This document shows positions 1 through 10,707 of a DNA stretch of 64,000 nt, one piece after another (position 1 is the first letter of the stretch; each line of letters opens with the position of its first letter). A program made the position numbers and the translations under genes. Under the pieces are notes generated by a model. It did no database searches. It was not told where the DNA came from and was given only the letters and a program-made list of their open reading frames with translations. Origin of the DNA: Antedon mediterranea (Eukaryota; Animalia; Echinodermata); assembly GCF_964355755.1 (NCBI RefSeq), contig NC_092670.1, forward strand, positions 14,494,795 through 14,558,794. Direction: 5' to 3'.

Positions 1-40
1 ATTTTAGGCCCTCCAGATTTTTTTTTAAAAGATAACTTAC

Positions 41-141
41 CCTGGACTTGTTACCCGTTGTATTTTTAACTTAAAATCAACAGAGTTCATGTCTGGTGGT
101 TTCCACTTTAAAACTCTATCATTTCGACCAGGTGAATATTT
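41..141 (-). CDS. RNGTT: RNGTT exon 12
   Basis: [24 protein letters not shown] (motif V). Confidence 0.92.
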
Positions 142-3100
142 CTACAAAAAAGGGTCAATAAGAAAATGAATTAAGACAAAATAACAAAAATAGCTCAAAT
201 GTGAAAAAATTGTTGATAATTGGGTTGGATGATGTACAAATTAGCCATTTCTACTATAGTACAGTAGTGTATGTACTGCTCCAGTAGCTTAAATAGAGGG
301 CGGTAGATATGTTATTATTGTAGACATACTTACATCTTTAAATGGCTGGAAAATAAGCCCATCAGTTTCATGACCTAAAGTACTTGCTTGTGAAAAATTA
401 TCTCCTTCTAAAATCTAAACAAATATAGAAGTTGACAACAGAACGTTATAATTATAATGTGAATACTAGTGACAGGATACAGTACTCAAAAGGCAGACAT
501 TTTGATTTCATACCCATTCATTCCACTGGGCTATGACTTTAAAAGGTTTTACTGTAACAAGGGGTTATAGGTGGGAAGGCATTCATCATGAGCTAGGCCT
601 ATTACTATCATTTCCACTTCTAGGCTCTAGTTCAAAACGGGCACTTCAGCTGTAGTAGATCATATTAAGTTGCCCTTACCTTTCTAGCCCCTACCAGATC
701 CCAAAATGGCTTAGCCCTAATACTGAATGGTTCGTTTGTGCGATCTATTTGTCCACTTTCAATGTGCTGCTTCCGGACTTGAATTATTTCTTTATCGATG
801 CATAGTAACCTTCGACCAAAGTCACAATCACCCACTGGCTGACCCTGTAGAAATTGTTAAAGGTTTTTTCAAAATTGGAATCAAATATTAAAACTTTAAG
901 TTTATTATGTAGAATACAAGCAAATTATCAAAATATGCACAATTTTGAAATAAAATTGCATCCATTTATTGCTGTAAGAATAAAAGGGCATTCACACCTG
1001 TTCCGTTTCACAGAACGAAGAACGGCACCGTTTTGTAAGAAAATCGAAAAGCGTTAAAACAATAGCAGCGTTTACACCAAATCCGTTCCGTGAAAAATGA
1101 ACGGCCGGTGAAAAACAACGGAACGGACAGATCGCTCATAATTTTATAGAAACGGTGCCGTCTTCCGTTCCGCGAACCGGAACAGGTGTGAATGCCCCTT
1201 TAGTGATAGGATTTGAACCTGTGACCTTTCATATAAAGGGTAGGTAACATATGATAGACCACAAAGCCATATTTTACTTTTAACAAAATACAACCTTTAT
1301 AAATGAAAATTCTTACCTCAAATTTAATAACATCATAAATTAAATATCTAGGCGTTGATACACCTGCTACAGTATCTATTATCATCTCCTAGAATAAAAA
1401 AAGAGATTAAAATTACAAGCATCATTTATTACATTCAATGAATAACTTAGTAATTGATTTAGCTTTTTGCTTATTTTATTTTGCATCTCTACTGAGTTCC
1501 AGCCACTGATAGCCACAGCATTGTATTTTTTTTCAGTAATTTTCCTTTGACTTTATATCATATATGTATTTAAAGATACAGAAATTGTATGAAATCGTTT
1601 GTTGAAGATTAATAGGTGTTCTACTGTATACTAATCATTATTTACTACTTTATAGCCAAAAATAATACCCCATCTAGTAATGTGTTACTAATATGGCCAT
1701 CTTCTTTCCTCTTTGGAAACGTCAGTTGAGGCAGAGTAAACACGGTGTTGTCACGATCAAACATATATACACGTTCTTTGCCATCAATTAGCATCATATA
1801 CCTAGAAACAAGAATAAGTTTTCTAACTAATCTAACTCATTTCAACTAAACGAAATAACAAACTTGATAAAGTGTCATCTAAAATAACTTTGTACATTCA
1901 AAATGTAATTAAAAATGTATTTATTTTACCTAACACCATCAGCCTTCCAACTAACTTTATATAAATTTTCTTGTAAAAATTTCAGATTTTTCATGTCCAT
2001 CGACACCGGCTGACTTCCTGGAAACTCCTGACTAAAAGATGAAAATCAAATGTTTAAAAGTATTTAGTGAGCGAGGAAAAAACAAATTGAAAAAGAATTA
2101 CAGAGCTGCCTTCAAACCCAGGTAGGTCGTAGGTCGATTTATTTTTACTAAACTGGGTCAATTTGCAATATAATTGTATAATTCAGTTTTTGTTTGTTGG
2201 TTTGTTTTATAAGTTACAATAAAATGGCAGATTCAGAAGAGACATAATATGAATCTTATTAAAAAACCGATCTCCCTTAATTAGATTGCTATGGTTTTGA
2301 AGGGCAGCATACATGTAAACTCACCGACGCCAACCACACATGTGGTTTATTTTTGTTCTCAGCCTATTTACTACAACATAATCAGTGACTATACTGACAC
2401 CAACAACATCACCATCCATAAACTTTAATGAAAGAAAAGAAGCAATATAACGTAAATTAATTAATAGATAATGAGCGTTTTATCATAGTAAATCCCCTAC
2501 ATAGACGAGCGGTAACGATAAGCAGAAAACCGCGTAGCTTGTCCCACATAAAATCTGTTATCCTCAGCGGAAACCACCTTTCCACTCCGTGTGTGTAAAT
2601 GGACACAAGAAATAACATCTATATTTTTATTACCGTTACCGCTAGTTGGTGTAAATTGGTGTTTAAGGGGACATCTTTTGGGCTCAACAGAGTGTCTCCT
2701 GAATTAATTGGCAATTTGCCTAAATTGAGAATTATTATTAGTCTGTTTAAGTATTCAGTGAAAATCTACTGTATTTTTTATAAAGTTTCCAGGCTTCAAG
2801 GGTTACTTTGTGTCAAGCAGTATGAATGTTCAAAATCTAAAGCTCTGTCTACACTATCAAACTTTATGTGACAAAACAATATGATGTGCCCATGTATGGA
2901 CATGATGATGTCATATCACTACCATTTGGGCACATCACACTTTTTGTGTCAAACTAATTTGATAGTGTAGACAGTCTACAGTGAGGGGCTAGTAACAATA
3001 GAGTGTGCCTCAATATATGTAGGTACAGTAGGTGCAGCAGGACAATCAAACTTGAGAAGGTTTTTTTTACCTGTTTTGGTCCAGCATCCAGTCTGGCTCT

Positions 3101-5096
3101 CTTATGAGGCCTCTCATCACTATTATTGGATTCATCATCATCCCCAGCATTACCCTCTATAAATAGACAAACATAATATAAGTTAATGTGTTTATTTATA
3201 AAGGTTTTAATGATTATGTTTTTTATCTTACAACATTTGGTTATCTCAATTGTTCATTGTATATATTCCAATGTAGACCAACAAAAATGCTTCTGTGTGA
3301 CAAATGCAGAGGTGATTGTATTAATGAACGAACCTAAGCACCAACTAGGAAGAGGAGGAGCTGGTGGTGCATCCTCTTTTTCACCATAACGTTCAAACAA
3401 CTCTACAATATAATGCCCTTTGTATATGCCAGGTGGCCTTATATTAGCAAAAACACCAACTGCAGCATCAATACTGAAACAAAATCAAAAATATGATTCA
3501 TTCTCCAAATTACCATTTTTAACTTTAACATATTATGTTAAATCTTAGATTTTCTAAAGAGCAAAGCAATCTACTGTAACAACAGGACACTGAGCTCGCC
3601 TTGCCAAGATAGGAACAGTCCTTTGATCTTATGTCTGGCTGCGATAAATACCAACAGTAGTAAACTATGTACATATTATCCGCGACGTGCGATGCCTGTT
3701 AAGGGGACTGAGCATGTCACAGCCACAGAGCTCAGCATCCGGTTTCCTTGGTTAAAAGTACCTCTGAGGTGCAGGTGTACATTATCATTGCTTGAGGATA
3801 AACCATGCATGCATGTTTACATTATATTACATGATAAAAGCATTACCTCCAATCCATCATTTCTACTAAATATGCCGAGATAAGAAAACCACTGCGGTTA
3901 AAACCATGAGTGCAATGAACACCAATTAACTCATCTGGGTTTTTACTAACAAAGCTTGAACAGAGTTGAATGAATGCATTAGTTTGATCTAAGTTTGGTG
4001 CTTCTCCATGCCTGAAAAAAAAAAAAAAAATATTACCAGGAGTTGATCCTGGATTTTTGTAAACATAATATATTGGCGTCATAAATAGATATCATAGTCA
4101 TATTAGCTGCAACTGATTATCTATTTTAAAATTAAGAATCTGGTTAGACAACTACTGGCTAACAAGTGATTGGAAAGTACCTCTGGGCTGAACATACATA
4201 TTTTATTATTATTTACAAGAGTATGTTTTGAGGTGCAGGTGTACATTATCATTGCTTGAGGATAAACCATGCATGCATGTTTACATTATATTACATGATA
4301 AAAGCATTATCTCCAATCCAGAGAAGTCTATTTTACAAAAGTAGGTAAAACCTGCGAGGCAAGGTGCAACATATTATAAATTAATTGTAAACAAAGCTAC
4401 ATTTGGCAATTCTCCACAAAAATAAATAAATAAAAGTATACCCTCTGCACTGGAGTTTAACATGTTTAACATCTTTATCTTCAAATTCCTGTTTGTCGTA
4501 GAATCTTGTAGTGTTAGTCAAATCAATCACAATTCCCATCTTTATCTTCATGCTACTCAGGTATGTAAAAAGCATTGATGGTTGAAATCGGTTTTCTTCG
4601 GGTACTTGACTATCATAACGACTGCTTAATGGCGTTTTAAAAACCAGAAATTTTCCTAAAATAAAACATAAATATTTTGCTGATAGTTACTAATAGTACT
4701 AATAATACTTAGGCTAGGATGGTTGTAATTTAAAAGAATTAATATAGGCCTATCTGCTCAGTGGCAGTATACTAGACGCCTTGTTGTTTTACAGCTAGCT
4801 ATATTATCCGGATTCCCTATTATCCTACTACCTAGGCTAGGCCCAGTATTGCAGCTAGGCTAGCCATTTCAACTCACCTGCCACACTGACTTCACTACTG
4901 CTGAGCAAAGGGGCTGCCTACTCTCTCTACAACAAGCCTAGGCAGCAGGCTAGCTTAGTAGCTAGGCTTACCTTAGTCTATTTATAGACTATATGACTAG
5001 GCCTAGACATACAATTTCAAGCTAAATCAATGACAAACCTGCAATAACCTGTCCTCCCTTTCGGGGACAGTGTAGCCACCTGTCGGGTACGGCCAT
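41..5096 (-). CDS. RNGTT: mRNA capping enzyme (RNA triphosphatase + guanylyltransferase), 12 coding exons, 3' part lies outside the window
   Basis: Manually spliced GT-AG exons join in frame: 5096-5039, 4655-4442, 4011-3847, 3473-3334, 3156-3071, 2422-2325, 2031-1930, 1801-1669, 1388-1317, 844-680, 414-334, 141-41. The protein reads [14 protein letters not shown]..., triphosphatase P-loop [28 protein letters not shown], GTase motif I KADG, LLDGE, DGLIF, LKWKP. Confidence 0.96.
334..414 (-). CDS. RNGTT: RNGTT exon 11
   Basis: [12 protein letters not shown] (motif IV). Confidence 0.9.
680..844 (-). CDS. RNGTT: RNGTT exon 10
   Basis: [21 protein letters not shown]...[12 protein letters not shown]. 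Confidence 0.92.
986..1197. mobile_element. MITE-like non-autonomous DNA transposon in an RNGTT intron
   Basis: TIRs GGGCATTCACACCTGTTCCG / CGGAACAGGTGTGAATGCCC with imperfect extension to ~50 bp; superfamily not assigned. Confidence 0.75.
1317..1388 (-). CDS. RNGTT: RNGTT exon 9
   Basis: [24 protein letters not shown]. Confidence 0.92.
1669..1801 (-). CDS. RNGTT: RNGTT exon 8
   Basis: [18 protein letters not shown]...TLLDG. Confidence 0.92.
1930..2031 (-). CDS. RNGTT: RNGTT exon 7 (GTase motif I)
   Basis: [10 protein letters not shown]...[11 protein letters not shown]. Confidence 0.93.
2105..2308. mobile_element. Possible MITE in an RNGTT intron
   Basis: Imperfect TIRs GCTGCCTTCAAACCCA / TGGTTTTGAAGGGCAGC. 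Confidence 0.5.
2325..2422 (-). CDS. RNGTT: RNGTT exon 6
   Basis: [10 protein letters not shown]...HMCGWR, GTGAGT donor. Confidence 0.85.
2845..2974. mobile_element. Short foldback MITE in an RNGTT intron
   Basis: CTGTCTACACTATCAAA / TTTGATAGTGTAGACAG plus inner arms TGATGTGCCCA / TGGGCACATCA. Confidence 0.7.
3071..3156 (-). CDS. RNGTT: RNGTT exon 5 (linker)
   Basis: Phase-compatible acidic/basic linker [28 protein letters not shown]. Confidence 0.8.
3334..3473 (-). CDS. RNGTT: RNGTT exon 4
   Basis: [30 protein letters not shown]...APPLPSWCL. Confidence 0.92.
3847..4011 (-). CDS. RNGTT: RNGTT exon 3 (triphosphatase active site)
   Basis: HGEAP...[16 protein letters not shown]...MDW, HCx5R motif. 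Confidence 0.94.
4229..4320. repeat. 92-bp near-identical copy of 3765-3856 (end of RNGTT exon 3 plus start of intron 3)
   Basis: Direct comparison; the only difference seen is at the splice donor. Confidence 0.9.
4442..4655 (-). CDS. RNGTT: RNGTT exon 2
   Basis: [23 protein letters not shown]...[11 protein letters not shown]...KLQCRG with AG/GT boundaries. Confidence 0.92.
5039..5096 (-). CDS. RNGTT: RNGTT coding exon 1
   Basis: ATG at 5096, [21 protein letters not shown] donor at 5038. Confidence 0.9.
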
Positions 5097-5359
5097 TATG
5101 TTGTTTAAACTAATGAAAAAAACACTTTTGAATTTTGAAAAAACATCGCGTATCGACAAAAACGTACTTTTTGTATTGACATAAATTGGAAGTGTAACCT
5201 TTAACCTTACACTACGAGGACCCAGAAGTACATTTTATAACTGGTAGCCTCTACATGTTTTTTTCTTAGTCAAAAGTAATTTATTCTGGGCCTTTGTAAA
5301 TATTATTTACATGTGTTTTTTTAAAGAAAAAACCGCTCGCGGGAGGTTTTTTGAAGTTA

Positions 5360-5804
5360 TTGGTTATCCGCACTTGGCGGATAACCCCTTGTTATTGTCA
5401 CGATCTTTTTTTTTTTTTTTGGTTATCCGCACTTTGGCGGATAACCTCTTGTTATTGTCAGGATCTTTTTTTTTTTTTTTGGTTATCCGCACTTGGCGGA
5501 TAACCCCTTGTTATTGTCACGATCTTTTTTTTTTTTTTTTTTGGTTATCCGCACTTGGCGGATAACCCCTTGTTATTGTCAGGATCTTTTTTTTTTGGTT
5601 ATCCGCACTTGGCGGATAACCCCTTGTTATTGTCAGGATCTTTTTTTTTGGTTATCCGCACTTGGCGGATAACCCCTTGTTATTGTCAGGATCTTTTTTT
5701 TTTTTTTTTGGTTATCCGCACTTGGCGGATAACCCCTTGTTATTGTCAGGATCTTTTTTTGGTTATCCGCACTTGGCGGATAACCCCTTGTTATTGTCAG
5801 GATC
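5360..5804 (+). repeat. Eight stacked Helentron left termini (~44-bp core plus variable T-tract)
   Basis: GGTTATCCGC-ACTTG-GCGGATAACC-CCTTGTTATTGTCAGGATC-(T)n at 5362, 5421, 5481, 5543, 5597, 5650, 5710, 5761. Confidence 0.92.
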
Positions 5805-6968
5805 TTTTTTTTTTTCTTTTTTTTCTTTTTTCTTCTTTCTTTCCCAGAATTTTGTTGCGCGTGTATCTCAAAATCTTCTTAACATAACATTGTATAACTT
5901 TATCAGAAGATTGACCTCTATCTGAAGATGTCGTAATAAGGTTTTCGGTCCAGTCTGAGTTGCGCAGCGTAAGTTACGCGCGATTTTATGAATTTCAATG
6001 ATTGATCGTAGATTAAAAACCAAAAGTAATTTTGTATTGAAACTTGGTGAAAATTTAAGTCATATTAAGCGCAAACTTTCTATGGATTAAAAATGGCATG
6101 TTGCACAGAAAGTTACGCGCGCACGCGCGTTTAAAATTTCAAAATGCGAAAAATCAACTTCTAATCAACTTTCTACGCGTTTCATGTCATTTTGAGCATT
6201 TCAAAAATTACCACACGTGCGCAATTTTTTTACGCGCACGTACGCACGTAGCGCAAAAACATCATTTTTTGGCTTGATTTTTGTTTTTCCTGTCTTTTTT
6301 TAGTAGATTTACCAACTTTCAAACAATTTCGACTTAAAATCACGTCATACGAGCACGTAGAATTGAAAAATTTGCGCGCGTTTTTGATGAAAAAGTTCAA
6401 AAATTCGTGAAAATTATGCCTTTTTTTAAAATGTCATAGATTCTAAACTACGTGGTGAACTTTTTTAAAATTACAGATTCTGGAAGTAGATGAGTTGTTG
6501 TTATCGAATCATGCATCAATATAGCTAACCGGACATTGTGACGTCATCGTATGGCCACTCAAATATAAAATATAGGATTTTTTTCACTTTCGTCTTAGCT
6601 CATCACATTTAATAGAGCGCATCTCCACTTATTCGTTTTCCATTGCCCTCCATTTCTTTATATTGTCTAGGTCAATCAATTATCTTTCGCATGATTCACC
6701 ATTTTAAAATTTTTCATGACGTCATCATGTGCAAAAGCGTCATTAACTTTGGTCACTTATTTTCACCTATTCTGAACTGTATGTAGTACGTATACAGAAT
6801 ATAGTGTTATACTGTATATATTTAGACGTGACACAAAATAGAGAGCGCACTAACATTTTTTCATTGGCATAATCGTTTTTCTGTGCGCAATATTCTAACG
6901 TATGATGTGCACGTGGCGTTTGCGAGGCGGATAACCTAACTCGTCCGTAGTGACGAGTTCAAATCTAG
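5759..6968 (+). mobile_element. Complete non-autonomous Helentron (HINE/DINE-1-like), ~1.2 kb
   Basis: 5' subTIR with inverted copy; 3' subTIR GCGGATAACC, stem-loop AACTCGTC-cgtagt-GACGAGTT, CTAG; flanked by T-runs. Confidence 0.85.
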
Positions 6969-9811
6969 TTTTTTTTTTTTTTTCTTTTTTTTCTTTTTTC
7001 TTCTTTCTTTCCCAGAATTTTGTTGCGCGTGTATCTCTAAATCTTCTTAACATAACATTGTATAACTTTATCAGAAGATTGACCTCTATCTGAAGATGTC
7101 GTAATAAGGTTTTCGGTCCCGTCCGAGTTGCGCAACATAAGTTACGCGTGATTTTATGAATTTCAATTATTGATCATAGATTAAAAACCAAAAGTCATTT
7201 TGTATTGAAACTTGGTGAAAATTTAAGTCATATTAAGAGCAAACTTTCTATGGATTAAAAATGGCAGGTTGCGCAGAAAGTTACGCGCGCACGCGCGTTT
7301 AAAATTTCAAAATGCGAAAAATCAACTTCTAATCAACTTTCTACGCGTTTCATGTCATTTTGAGCATTTCAAAAATTCCTACACGTGCGCAATTTTTTTA
7401 CGCGCGCGTGCACACGTAACGCAAAAACATCATTTTTTGGCTTGATTTTTGTTTTTCCTGTCTTTTTTTAGTAGATTTACCAACTTTCAAACAATTTCGA
7501 CTTAAAATCACGTCATACGAGCACGTAGAATTGAAAAATTTGCGCGCATTTTTGATGAAAAAGTTCAAAAATTCGTGAAAATTATGCCTTTTTTAAAAAA
7601 GTCATAGATTCTAAACTACGTGGTGAACTTTTTTAAAATTGCAGATTATGGAAGTATATGAGTTGTAGATATCAAATCATCCATGAATATGGCTAACCGG
7701 ACATTGTGACGTCATTGTATGGCCACTCGAATATAAAATATAGGATTTTTGTCTCTTTCGTCATAGCTCAACACATTACATAGAGCGCATCTCCACTTAT
7801 CCGTATTCCATTTTCTCCCATTTTTTTATATTGTCTAGGTCAATCAATTACCTTTCGCATGATTCACCTTTTTTAAAATTGTGATGACGTCATCATGTTC
7901 AAAAGCGTTAAAAACTTTGGTCACTTATTTTCACCTATTCTTCACTGTATATAGTACGTATACAGTATTGTGTATACTGTATATACTTAGGCGTGACGCA
8001 AAATAGAGAGCGCACTAACATTTTTTCAATGGCATAATCGTTTTTTCTGAGTGCAATATTCTAACGTATGACGTGCACGTGGCGTTTGCGCTGCGGAAAA
8101 CCTAAATCAAATTTGTTTATTATATTTATTTATTTATTTTTTTTTGATTACGAGTGAATTTTTAAAATGCGCCAAATTAATTTCTATTTAATTTGCGTAC
8201 ATTTCAGGTCATTTTGAGCATTTCAAAATTGTCTAAATTGTTTGTGTTTTGCGCACGCACTTGTGCACACAGCTTGTACAAAGCGTAGAAAAATGTGTTT
8301 TGCAATTGATTTTTGTTGGTCATAGGTCTACGTTCACGATTTCTTTCATTTTCATGACTTTTTATTGCAAATTAACGATGCACGTGCATGTTAAACTTTA
8401 GAAATCGTGTGCTAAATAAAGGGTAATATAATACGAATTTGTGCAAAAATTTACCTATTTTGATTCAATTCTAGCTCCTCAAGATGGCAGTTTACCCCGT
8501 TTTTAAAAATGTATTGTAGAAGCTAATGAGTTGTAGATATCAATTAATGTACAAATTTTACCTAAAGGATGTTCTGACGTCATCATATGGCCTCTCAAAT
8601 TTTAAAAATAGATTTTTTTTTCTATTTTGTATTAGTTAATCCCATTTAACTGTGCGCATCACGCTAATGCGTTTTAATGTTCTTGATCAATCAATTTTCC
8701 TTCACACATGAGTTAACAAAGTGACCCACGTGATTAAAACTTATGGAAATTGTTGAATTGTAGATATGAAGTCATATACAAATGTTGTCTATCTAATTTC
8801 ATGACGTCATTATATGGCCGGTTGAATTTAAAAAGTCAGATTTTCATCTCTTTCGTAAAAATTAATCGTGTTTAAAATAGAGCGCATCTCAGGTTAACGT
8901 TCCCAAAATTCTTTAAATTTGTATTAATGTAATTATTTGGATAATTAAATTATATAACATATAATGTATTCTGTAATATGCTGTCATAAAAATTTTCTTA
9001 TTGGATTGCTATGATGTCATGCTATGGCCAGTAATTGGAAAAGTAGGATTTTTATTTGTTTTTTGGCATAGTTCATCACTTCAACATAATACGCATCTCA
9101 GTTGTACGTGCCAAATTTTCAGAATTATTATTTATATTATATTATTTAATTATGCTCATTGAAATGAATTATTTTCCGAAAATGGACATACTTTTATGTT
9201 TCATTTTGATGACATCAAACAATGTTTTCTCCCGTAATTTCAGTTCTAAACACCATAATATACTACAGTACAACCAGTTACATGTGTGAATAATAATAAT
9301 AACAATTTCTTGTCTCCTCTGCTCTGTGATTTGATCTTATGGATTACTGACATTTATCTCAGTTGCCAGTGAAGCTTGCTCCAATAGATAAAATATTTCT
9401 GATAAAGCTAATATTATCACACCATAACTGTTAAAAATAATCTTTTATTTCAAACAAATAATAAGTATGAAATGTATGTATTTATAAAAGCTTTCATTGG
9501 TTATTGCAAATTGTACACAATTTTAAAAATTATAATAGGCTGTTTATACTATACAGTAGTTTATTTGGTGATCAGTAATTTTACTTCCTACATTATATAC
9601 ATGTTAATTTGGATTCATTAAACGCATATTATTAATCTATTTATAGAAGATTCTTAATTTTTAACAATCATTAATACAATTAATAATTTAATCATTTGCC
9701 GCGTTTAGACAATTGCTATGAAAGAGCTGCATTAATGAATAAATATCCGGATCCTATTATAATTGAAGAGATGAAACCATTCTATTGAACACCTAAAAGC
9801 CAAAAGAAAAT

Positions 9812-10575
9812 AAATTGATTATTCTTGCAAATGAGAAAATTACTGTGAACCTGGATAGATAGAACAAATAAAATAAAAAACAATTATACTGAATTATGTA
9901 TATACCTAATGAAGTATTGGTAATCGTATAAAAAAAAACGTATTTTCTTCTTCTGTAAAATGTAACTTTTTAGTTTTAACATTACTTGAATACCGATAGA
10001 TATTGAAAGATTATTATGTGCAGAGATTGCAACATTGCATATTCAAATTCAGAACAATATCTATAATAATATAACTCACATAAAAACAAGATTAAAATGT
10101 GTTTACTCACCAGATATTGTTTCTCCTATACAGGAGAATGACATGGGTTGAAGTTACAGATTATTCGCTGCCTCTCTTGCATAGATAATAAATTGATTAT
10201 TCTTCCACATGAGTAAATTACTGTATTAGTAATTTCATGTGGACCTGGATAGATAGAAAAAATAATATAAAAAACAATTATACAACTGAAATTATGTATA
10301 GACCTAATGAAGTATTGGTAATCGTATAAAACAAAACGTATTTTATTCTTCTGTGAAATGTAACTTTTTATTTTCAACATTACTTGAATACTGGTAGATA
10401 TTGAACGATTATTATGTACAGAGATTGCAACATTGCATATTCAAATTCAGAACAATATCTATAATAATATAACACATAAAAACAAGATTAAAATGTGTTT
10501 AGACACCAGATATTGTTTTTCCTATACAGGAGAATGACAATGGTTGAAGTTAAAGATTACTCGCTGCCTCTTGTG
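9812..10575. repeat. Two copies of a ~380-400 bp tandem repeat downstream of the A1 ORF
   Basis: ACCAGATATTG at 10109 and 10505; AATTGATTATTCTT at ~9812 and ~10191. Confidence 0.85.
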
Positions 10576-10707
10576 TATAGAGGGTCATAATGATTTTCAG
10601 CTTGTTTTTATCGAATTGTTTTTTTTAATTTGTATCCAGTTCTATTTTCAATTCCTAAAAAGTTTTTACAGAAATATAATTCAAATACTTAAAAACCATT
10701 GATGCAA

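Noticed and set aside
854-3883. Plus-strand short ORFs in the RNGTT region
   Set aside because: Intronic or antisense, with no motifs.
5360-5804. CRISPR-like array of palindromic repeats
   Set aside because: The spacers are only poly-T, there are no cas genes, the context is an intron-containing eukaryote, and the repeats are transposon left ends.
5311-5925. Short ORFs over the terminal repeats and within units (also 23921, 25442, 27731, 30037, 48100, 49307, 49541, 51677, 51911, 52888)
   Set aside because: Low-complexity translations, mostly non-ATG starts, and frames not conserved between units.
10385-10391. 7-nt micro-exon TATTCAA that would make each repeat 45 nt in frame
   Set aside because: The AG acceptor is replaced (CGG, CAA) in most repeat copies.
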